From NCBI RefSeq assembly GCF_964204645.1, contig NC_134025.1:992001-1056000 (forward strand): 64,000 nt of DNA, in the 5' to 3' direction. The notes beneath the pieces are model-generated. The model ran no database searches, was not told where the DNA came from, and worked only from the letters and a program-made list of their open reading frames with translations. The DNA is from Tubulanus polymorphus. Its lineage: Eukaryota > Animalia > Nemertea. Shown one piece after another: positions 51,538-64,000 of the stretch (positions are counted from its first letter, which is position 1; each line of letters opens with the position of its first letter). A program made the position numbers and the translations under genes.

Positions 51538-54412
51538 TCAGCCTCTGAACGCACTCGTGTGATACCCGTAGAAAAAGTAACGTTTCCTATTAACTTTCGG
51601 TTCTCGTAAATCAGGCGCGTTATCCGGGTACATCGCGTGGAATCTGAAATAGAAAATAAAAATGAGACACGTTTAAACTCGTCTCGCACACAACTAGCTG
51701 TAATCCGTATCGTTGTAAATTTCACTTTTTAATCATTCGTTGAAATGTTAAGAAATTTAAGACGCTCATAAACACTGAACACCGCTTGATTCATGTGTTC
51801 AACCGACTTTCAGGAAAAATCTACTACATCGTACAATAGTAACGCTTACTTTTTTCTTATAAAAAAAAACTAATTCCGCAAAGAATTTGACGTGAATCAA
51901 GGGAAAGTGTTTATTTGATATTATGGAGCCAGTACCATTTGAAATTAATCCATTTCCAGTGTTCAAACTTCACAGTGAAATTTAAACGGTGCGAACGATG
52001 CTTCTGTGAAGGGATTGATATACCTAGGTCTAGATGCTCATAAATTGAAGTTAAAAACCATGGTGGCAAAATAAAACGTACCTTTTATAAGCCTCCGTTT
52101 TGTATCTCAATCCTAATTTAAGAGGGATTCTGTCATTAGGATCACTGACGCAGTCCGCTAGTGATATCGGCGGAAGATATGTAGGACCTGTTTGATTCGC
52201 GTATAACGGATTCTCCGGGAATGGCACGCGAGGACATTTCAAATGCTCCACATCTAAAAACGGCAATGATTTTTCGATAGTTGAATCTTCAAATTTCGCT
52301 TCTATATTTCCAACAGTAGGAGACGTAGCTGATGTTGGTAGTGGTTTTGTTGATACAATAACGTCTTGTTTGAAAGCAGGCTCCGGGTCGTAATGTAAAG
52401 GTTCCGTATTGAATATTCGTCTGGAGTTAACGTAATCCTCGTGAATTTCTTTACAAAGTTTACAAGTGCAAACCACTCCGTCAGTAAGTTGATACAGATT
52501 AAAGGGCGGTTGATTAACCCTGTGAAGTTGTAACGACCAACATTGGTGATCTCCACCCTGACATTGTTTACAAAAATATTCACGTTGCTCAGCGACGCAT
52601 TGCTCCGCGACTCTCCTTTTTTCTAAAACTTCCTGTTTTTTAATACTCTCTTGTTCGTCCAGTTTGCGCCTCGACTCGACGGCGTCTTTTCGCCTACAGA
52701 TAACACACGATGGTCGAGTGCATTTCGAGTCGGTTTTTAATGCGAATTTTCCGTCGTGTTCGCACAATCTGTATCTGAGACCGATTTCATAACTTTTACT
52801 CGGTGGCCAGCAAGGTCCTTCCTTGAAATCGTCAGAAAACCGAACCGTTTTCTTCTGATTCGTGACATTAGGCAACTTCTCCGCAGTGGGTTTGTCCGGT
52901 TTTGGATCAGTTTCTGGTTGCAATGATTTCATGATATATCTAACCGGTTTTGTTGATTTTGGTATAAGTTTTTTCTTGATGACGTCAGAATGGTCGGTAA
53001 ATATCTGAGCGTATCTGGGTATAGCGTAGACTTTCTCATGGTAGTCAGATAAAGCTTGTCTGGTGGTCTCACACAATTCAAACATTCCTAGAACAGATTG
53101 ATAAGAGAAGAACCGACAATGAAATGAAGAAACCTTCAATGAAATGAAAAATGTCCTGATTTTGTTTTTACCTGATTTTGAGTCAGTTCGCAGCGGTTTG
53201 TGACGTGGAAAAACTTCAAACTTTGGTTTATGAGTTACATACGCGTTATTGTCTAATATCGGATCCTGTTTACAAGATTTATGACTGAAAAATATCAGAT
53301 CAGACCATAAATTAGCTAAAGTTCATGTCATCAAGTTTTAATAAGTCTTGCATCGATTTGGCCCCTGATTCGACAGCAATGCCCCCTAGTGTCACTAAAA
53401 CCCATTATACTTACTCAATAACCGTTTTGAAGACAGCAGGCAACCTATAAAAAACAAAGATACATTCGATGAAAATTCTACAAAATCCTCATTTTGAATG
53501 TTTTTCGTCCTAATACAGGAGTTTGATACATACAACTGGTCGTTCAATCTACAGGAGGACTTTTTCAATGATGTCAGATTTTGAGGTTGAATATCGGCCC
53601 GGCTAGAAATTAAAACCAAAGAGAAGATGTAATTAGCAAACCCTGTAATTAGCAAACCCTTCGGTAGTTTTATATGATATTCAAAACTATGATGATATAA
53701 AATAATCTCCAAAGCTATTAGAAATCAATAGATCACAAACAAACCATCTCATACCATCTATACGTTATAATGTGTATTTTACAGAAGATTTTAAGGTACA
53801 CATTTTGATAACCTTGTAAAACCTTCCACGCGCGATAGACGGTAAGTAGTATGATGTCCAATGAAATAGTTTTTCAATATCAATTTATTAATAGTTTTGC
53901 AGATAAGATGCTTATTTTCACTGTTAAACTATGTAAAACCCATTTAATAACACTTTAGTTAGTAATCCTCTAAACTTCAGCAGTGATTTGCGTGAATTAC
54001 TCACTAGGTGGCGAATGCGCTGCCGAAGTGGCGATGGCTTCTGGAAACGAGTAAATCTTTAGTTTTCACTTTACCCACAAACGGTAGCGCTCCGATACCG
54101 CCGTACGTGGTGATATTCTCTTCCCAGGTTTTACCTCCAACCGGTGGTAATTTTATTTCTTGAACTCTACAACGTTGAGAATTTCATAATCATTTTGATA
54201 TTTCACGTAAGAGACCACAATACATAGGAGTCTTGGGCAGTAGATTCAAATCAACATTTCTCAAAAATCCACCATGGTCTTAGGATTTTAAAAAGGATTA
54301 CGTATTTCTAAATAGCTTACCCGATTGTAGGTATCGTGACTCTTTGTTTTTGAGACGGACTAAAGAGATCACTTGATATATAAGTTCGAGATATTGGTAC
54401 CACAGTTGTCAT
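51538..54412 (-). CDS. C7orf31/SPMIP4-like ciliary or sperm microtubule-associated protein (525 aa); exons 54412-54321, 54166-54005, 53602-53534, 53444-53415, 53284-53172, 53087-52082, 51643-51538
   Basis: Seven GT-AG exons splice in frame. Segments TYGGIG, RSHRHFG, LTSLKKS..NDQL, AYVTH...VFP and KTEAYKRFH...DLRE...FYG resemble vertebrate C7orf31 as recalled from memory; no search was run. Confidence 0.7.
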
Positions 54413-54565
54413 GCTGACATTGGTCCTGTATGGCCTGGTTTAGCGATCGGGTTTTGATCGCTTTGCTGTGACCTGTCACTGCCCGCGACGTCCTTCGACT
54501 TGTCTCCCTGTCTATCAGTTATTCCGGTCACCCCTGCTTCTAGGAATGAACTGGTTTCGTCTGAC

Positions 54566-54594
54566 AGATACATAGCAACGCGTTGCTAAGATAC
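54566..54594. promoter_or_regulatory. RFX X-box-like sites in the divergent promoter region
   Basis: CATAGCAAC-GC-GTTGCTAAGATAC upstream of a predicted ciliary gene. Confidence 0.5.
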
Positions 54595-55775
54595 AATCCC
54601 GTCACAAACATGCCCGGATGTAGCAATTTGACTGAACATTTTACATCCAATCATTTATGCGCCTTTTAAAAGAATCATTAATATTAATTTACACTGGAGA
54701 CTTCATTAAAATTTCACTACATTAATTCAACGTTTCTTAAAGAATTGTTCGTCGAAACAGCGACCGATACTGCGGTCTAAACCCATTGTACGTATAGGAG
54801 AGATGACATTTGGAAATTTGATACCACGCTATGTGTACAAGGTGACTTGTATTTGTCGAGCCAATATGTTTACCACCACCGCTGTTCAAGTACTGCGCGG
54901 TGTAACGTCGAGTCGGGCTCTTCTTGTGTCCATAATTTCAGGAATAAATTCCCACTTTGAATCAATTGGTCGTAAATGGTTTTCCATTAGCGCCCACTGA
55001 GGATCGTGTATGGGATATTTTTATGCGTTTAAATGTAAACAAACCTTTATTCGACCAAAGCGATTATATATTAAAAGTAAAAAGTTGAAAGTCTTGCTTT
55101 GACCGAGTACACCAAAGGAAGTTCATAGGATTCAATGTAAATCGCTTAGCCGTAAAACTGAGACGTTATTTTGAATACCTGAGAATGAGAGACGTTTCGT
55201 TCGTTTTGAAATCTGTGGCAGATTTATGTCTGAAGACGTTGACAGTTCCGTGTGAAACGACGGTTCTGATAAAGAACATTCTGTGAACGGCGGTGAGTAC
55301 AATACAATACTTCAACATACGTATTAGCATACAGGAAAAAAAAAACTTCTAAATTAGTTTCTCAATGAAGTGGAGACATAACTACATGTATTTCGGAAAT
55401 TTATGGCGAATGTTTTCTAAGCTCTGCCGTCATAAAAGTAAGTAAATCTTTAATTAAAAATATCAGTTATAATAGACGTATTTTATTCTTACACGAATTC
55501 CGTCTCTGGATGATTGGTCAGGTTAGACATTAGAGCAGGGCTTGTATTAGGCGCATTGTTTTTTGGTGGATTCACGCACTGTATTAATTAGATTTCTGTA
55601 GGAGATTTTTTTTACATATTTTCTCTTCTTACTATTAAAACCCACAGGTATGTTCCCCTTCCGCAGAAATTATTAATCTGAAATTGATGAATATCTCTTG
55701 AAGCGTGAATAACACGGTGCGATGTTTCATTTTCCCTTGAGTTTATTTTCTATGGATATCGGATATTGCTACAGC

Positions 55776-55810
55776 CTGCTGCTGCTGCTGCTGCCGCCGC
55801 TGCTGCTGCT
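55776..55810. repeat. (CTG/CCG)n trinucleotide repeat
   Basis: Direct reading. Confidence 0.9.
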
Positions 55811-56439
55811 CGAACTGGTAACTAAACAGCAGCTGACTATAAAACAGCTATTTTCATCAGTTATGGAATGAAAGCAATCGTTAAAGATCAATAATTGACC
55901 AGAATTAAACGAATAAAAAGGCTATTTATTCGATGCACTAAAAGTAAATATATATGGAAAATAAATTCGCTGCTAAGAAAGTCAAACATGACAACAATTT
56001 ATATCAGTAAATAGAGATTCAAACAGGAATCGAGTAAGATCTATAGAATTTGTCGGTCGCGTGTTGGTCACCGATTTCGTGACTTTCACTCTTGTTATGT
56101 ATATTTTAGTGCTGCCTTTGTGAAGAGTGAAATAGGTTTTCAATTTTTTATTTTCACGCTTTTCAGCCTCGATTTAGTGTCGTTTATATGTAGAGAATTG
56201 TTACCGATTTGTTTCACAGGATTCAAATATTGATTCGATAAAATAAATGATTTCAAGTGTTTTAATTCAGTTCAATGACTCGAGTTAAATACGGCTCTGC
56301 GTACGATGTCTTACATATGAGATTTAGAATTTTGCTCATGGAAATATATGTTGTGTTTTGTTTTTCAATTTTAGGACTGAAGAAATTGAGAATCTAAAGC
56401 TCGGGTTGTGTTTTAGCGGTTTGTGTCATTCGGTAGTAA

Positions 56440-56589
56440 ATGTTTAAGGAGATGTCGACCGCGACGCCACCTACACCAAGAGAATCTCCTCGAGTTGTAC
56501 ACTTTAGTCTACCGGACGAAGCAGATACGTGGAAACCTAGAATTCAATCATCAGATGGTAAAATCAGTCCTTTGATAACAGATCATCAT

Positions 56590-56627
<38 letters not shown>

Positions 56628-57606
56628 GGGGTCAAATAGGACCAGCGTCACCTCGACACCTAGATTCGCATTTATGAACGAAGACGTTCTGGTCCCACCG
56701 AATTCACCCCGGACTCAACAACCCCGCAATTCATTCGTTAGATCTCTTACAAACCCAGGACTAAACAAACTGAACAGACCGACATTGGACAGCAGACCGA
56801 CATTGGACAGCAAACGGACATTGGACAGCAGACCGACATTGGACAGCAGACCGACATTGGACAGCAGACCGAGAACAAGACAAAAGAGTTTTTACAGCTG
56901 GAAGAATTTCCTGGACAAACCTGGAAAAAAACCAGACAACTTTTATTTGAACACATATTTTCGCCCGAACGTTAAATATTTTTGCGATGAAGAAACGACA
57001 AAAAGTGATCTACTGCGAATCGACAGCAATCACTCCGCCGTAAATAGACCGGCGACTTATAACTCATCACGTGTCTGTGCACCGGATATATCTACGCGTC
57101 GTGAATGTAGTGCGTATAGGCGTTTGCCGAATAATTCATTACTGAAAACAGAAACAATACGCGGTATCCCTCCGCCAGGTTCAAGGGGAAATTCACATAA
57201 ATTCACTTTAAAAACGGACAGAAATTTTAAAAATATGATCCCAGTTTCATTATTCGGTAAATTACAGAAATCGATTCTGACGCTGAAACGCGAAGAGACG
57301 AATTTCATTTTAGACAAATCTTTGAATCTAGGGTTGAAAAAGTCGAAAACTCAAATTCGTGATAGGAATAAAGAGTTTGATCAGCCGAGTCCTGGCGAGT
57401 CGTCGCCGCGATTACTGAACCGGGCTTACAGTTCGGTATCCAGTTACAGGAAATACGCGGATACAAGGAAGGCTGGATACACCGGATACACAGGACCGTG
57501 CCCAACACCTCGCTCAAATACTCCTAGTAATACATTCAATCAGATGAATAAACTATTAGATTCAGTAGTCGCAGTCAACAGACCAGTCAATGTATTCATA
57601 GAATGA
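56440..57606 (+). CDS. 388-aa basic disordered protein with polyQ and (RPTLDS)x5
   Basis: 1.17-kb ORF following a ttttag acceptor near 56375; CAG tract and 18-bp coding repeat. Confidence 0.7.
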
Positions 57607-57948
57607 ATCGTCAGAAACCCGCTTCGTACTGCATCAGCATCCCGCTAGATGGCGAACGAATCAATAGGATAACTCGAAAATCAATTTTAATTTACTTTCA
57701 ATCGGAGTTTTAGCCGAGAATATCGTACGAATGTACACTAGCGATACCTGGTGGATCTTCGTTTAGTGCCAAAGCGGAATCCTCACTGGAATCTCGACTT
57801 GATTCGGCATTTAGTGCTACTTTACGATTAGAAATCCCTAACTTATTCCAAGACACTCATAGCGGATAGCGGATGTACCCACCACACCTGATTGGCCTAA
57901 ACGCATGTCATCACAATGACCACACTGCGAACTCAGTCTGTCACGAGT

Positions 57949-58015
57949 GGTCGATGGTCTAGTGGTTAGTATGCTCGGCTGGTACACCGTGGGTTCCAGG
58001 TTCGAGCTCTGACCT
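57949..58015 (+). pseudogene. tRNA-like pseudogene or SINE head
   Basis: A-box TGGTCTAGTGG, B-box GGTTCGAG and GGTCG/TGACC ends, but an 8-nt anticodon loop and shortened arms. Confidence 0.55.
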
Positions 58016-58953
58016 GGTGTACGGGTTATTTTGATGGTTATAGTAACTGACTTAGTCTCAAATTTCCATTTTGGAATAAAGAACATATCCTTATAGTCCT
58101 TATCTACGTATATCCTGACAATTAGCTGTAAGGTGCTTTTACCTAGCGAGTGCTTTAAGAACTCATTTTTCACTTAAATCATTAAGTCATGCATGTTTTG
58201 TTCAGCTCAATATTGTGTAACTATTTCGGCTGGGTGAAGCTTATTCTGCACGGATAGAATTCATTCTGTCCTCGGAATCGGTTTTTGTCCTAATCCTGGA
58301 CTGAACTGAAATGAAAGATCATCGCAAGCAGCACATGTCACAACGGGAGAACTATAATCACCGTGTAACCGATAATGGAACGTATTATAGACCAGTTAAA
58401 CGCTACAGACATACCGATAATCCACCGGATTAAACAGGATTAACGTAGCGGATTAGTTTACACACGAACACGGTATATTCAATAACGGCAACCCGCGCAG
58501 TACCACTTATTCTCGATGATGCTGAGTCTCCGTTAGGATTTTGACATTAACAAAATGTTCTCAGATCAATGAAAACCGTCGTCGAAAAGGAACCTCAAAA
58601 TAAACACAGAAGATATCAACAGAGTTCAAAGTACACACGGGTTATTTTTATTTAATAGATTTTTAACAGATACAGATCACTCGGACAAACAAACAAACAT
58701 CAATCTTAGTTCAAATCTAATGTCTTCGATTATTGCACTTATTTCTATGATATAAAACAAATCGAGTCAAACTCGGTTAAGCAGCCATGAATGTGACGGT
58801 CATTGTGTTGATGACTTCAGTACTTTGACGACTTATTCGATGATTTAAGCTGAGTTTGACTGTATTTTAGTTCCTATATTGTAAAAACACTCAATTGTAT
58901 TCAATTTAAAGCCGGTTTTATTTAATAGATTGGAGTGTCAGTAGTTCGTGTCG

Positions 58954-61336
<2,383 letters not shown>

Positions 61337-63459
61337 CTTTCTTTTAGTTCAAGCTGAAAACTTTCTCTTCTGTCCCGATGTGAAATTCCTGTGTACAATA
61401 TCTACACCGGTTTGTAATGCGCAGTTTAAGGTGTGTTCCTATCGCTATTACTCTGTAAATGTTAATTTTAAGGAATTTTCTATTGAAATTTAGAGTCTGA
61501 ATAAACATCTTGTCAATCAAATTATATAACTCCACCCTCTCGGAAGCTGTTAGCACTAACAGGCGCTGCTAGTGCGGCATAAGCTGTGAAATATTTCTAC
61601 GCTTCGAGGCAAAAAGTCAAAATAAACATAAAACAAACAAATGTTTGGGAAGTTTATTTACAATTTTATTGTTTTGGGAAAATGTTTCAGATTTGCGCGA
61701 AGAGCTGAAAATATCGGCAGATGCGCGAAACAGCAAATCCATTTTCAGAATGACGTTTCTTTTTTTCACGGTTGAAGTGAAATGTTGGTCAATCAGAAGA
61801 TGATCCCGGTTCGGCTAGTTTATTGACTGACACGCTTCCATGACAACCAGATAATCCGAGTTGTTATGAGAAATAACTGATCAATGCTTACCTTCGGTGT
61901 TTACCCTTCAGACACCAGGTGATCAACCAAATTGACCATTGTTTTCATTACAAACAATGTTCAAGCTCCTAAAACCTCTCAACTCTTTCTTTGCTTTTTC
62001 GCCGATTTCACAACTGATCTATAAAATAATATTTTCGACAGAATATTTTCCGAATTATCTTCGAAATGTCTACACAGAAAAGTGTTAATAATTTCAGAAT
62101 AAATTTACTCAGCAAATTCATTTCGTAGTCGGATAAACCTTGGAGTAATGGACTGAATACTCCAAGGATAAACTGAGTTGTTTAAAACTCATATGAATTC
62201 AAATCCCAAATTTGATTCCGACTAAGTATGCGATAAAATACGTTGAGTGACTGATCTTAACGAGAGGATTTAGTGATAATGAATGTAACCTATGTAAACA
62301 TTGAAAGTAGCCCAGAAACTGAGAAGTGATCACCGGTGTATTAGCATCGCAACAGTTTAAACCATTTAAACATCTGGATTTCATATTTGTAACATAGTTC
62401 ACCTCTACACAGGATACGTGTTTTTACATCTGTCAAATCGAGTACTAATTAATAGACGAGATTGTGTTTAACTGCGGTTTTTAATTAGCGGAACCATTAA
62501 TATCGTGTTGAGTCGACAAAATCATTGTCGTCATTTATTCAGCGGTATTTTTCAAAAAATGTGAATCTCCATGAAATTGAAAAAAAGAAAGAAAATTTAG
62601 TACGACTTGTTAAAACGTTATTAAAAGTTAAAAAGTAGCCACATTTCTTCCAATATTCAGATTTTGATTATTAGTTTTCACTCTATTACGTAGAACATTT
62701 TAGGAGTGACTGTCGTCATCGCGGTGGAAAGCCACATTTCTTACTTGGAAATTCACATGGAATTTCACAGTTCTAAAACAAAGGTAATATTTGGTGCTGA
62801 AAGACCAGTAAAAACAGCTGCGGACAGATACTTAACGCTTCCTTTCATCTTCATCAAAAATCTATGTTTTATCTAGAGAACAAAGAGGAATTTCACTGAT
62901 TCTCAGTTACGCATCGTGAAGTCTATGAAAATTAGATAACTGTTAACGACGCTGCTAAAAGAACAAGAGATATGGGTCAAAGTACTTTAAAATCTGGTAT
63001 AAATTTTGTCTTCATATGGCGGCGGCTTGTGGGTTGTTTGTTTGTGCGTCTTTTCAGAATCGTGTTTGAAATCTATACATGTATTGTAAAGACTCTGGGA
63101 GCCGTTCTCACCGTTCTCAGTATCTGAGTTCCTATAGTATGACATTATCCATATCTTATTCGCCCGCAATATTAAGCATTTTGTTGCTATTTATAAACGC
63201 GCATAACATTGATTGGAATCCTGAGATTAAGTAACAGAATTATAGGAATGTGGATGATATATTACACGAGTCACTATAGTAAATGTATTCTCATCATTAT
63301 TCTTTAGTTATCATCGCATCCGATCCGGGGAGAAATTAAAATCCTGTTGATAAAATGGCGGACATAGGGAAGGGGCCGTGGTTCGATAAACATCGAGAAA
63401 GCTGCTCCGGAAAATATCACGTTGGGTAGATTTCGTAGGTCCATTCAGAACAATACATT

Positions 63460-63635
63460 GGACCAGTTGCGCAGTGTTGGCTTAATACCAGTCTATGACA
63501 TCTGCATAGTCATGGCATAGACTTAAGACCAGTCTAAAACCAACTTTGTTTTATAGCCAATCTAACAATTTAAGACCATTCTTAAGATTTAAGACCACTT
63601 TTGGACTTAAGTCACGACTGTGCAACTGGCCCCTG
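63460..63635. mobile_element. MITE with GGACCAGTTGC...GCAACTGGCCC ends
   Basis: Imperfect TIRs; the internal TATAGCCAATCTAACAA..TAAGAC motif also occurs near 50545 and inverted near 46640-46720. Confidence 0.6.
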
Positions 63636-63767
63636 ACCAGTATAACAACTTAAGATTTCAGAGACCAGTCTCAATGTTCTAGACTTTTTACTGTGCAACT
63701 AGCAGGATAAACAGACTGGGACAAGTCACAAAGTCTAATTTCATATGGTGATTTCATACCAGACCAG

Positions 63768-63896
63768 GGCCCGGTTTCACGAAAAAGTTTAAGCTTAAAT
63801 CAGTGAAGTTTGAATTGTTGTCCTCATTGAAAACATGAAGTAACCAATGGCAATTACACCAAATATTTGAGTTTAACTCTTTTGTGAAACTGGGCC
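63768..63896. mobile_element. 129-bp PIF/Harbinger-like MITE
   Basis: TIRs GGCCCGGTTTCACGAAAA / TTTTGTGAAACTGGGCC with a 3-bp CAG TSD. Confidence 0.75.
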
Positions 63897-64000
63897 CAGC
63901 TGATAAACCCGTCCCGTGAAGGAATATTTTCAGTTCATTGACAGGGTTGATACTTAATGGCGCACACGTGTTCCACTTGAAATAGTGTACGAAAATGTCA

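Noticed and set aside
54409-54573. 54-codon uORF whose stop overlaps the SPMIP4-like start (ATGA)
   Set aside because: Its ATG lies inside the X-box and is probably upstream of the TSS; no support for translation.

Overview
AT-rich metazoan (invertebrate) nuclear DNA with spliceosomal introns; it is not prokaryotic and has no CRISPR array. The left half holds three genes whose coding sequence is almost entirely one giant exon encoding a low-complexity, probably nuclear protein (about 1417, 1111 and 1845 aa). They share short linear motifs and are separated by tRNA-Thr(CGT) and tRNA-Gln(TTG) genes. The ORF-poor spacers running away from the promoters of the first two (about 7.1-14.3 kb and 20.6-24.3 kb) carry many nested helices whose G-T pairs work only on the + strand, suggesting long structured ncRNAs. 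These helices were found by eye, not computed. The right half holds an 857-aa orphan, a 5-exon RERG-like small GTPase with atypical G3/G4 boxes, a 7-exon C7orf31/SPMIP4-like gene, a 388-aa polyQ orphan and a 3-exon MyoD-family bHLH gene. MITEs with clear TSDs, tRNA-like SINE relics, minisatellites and microsatellites are scattered throughout.
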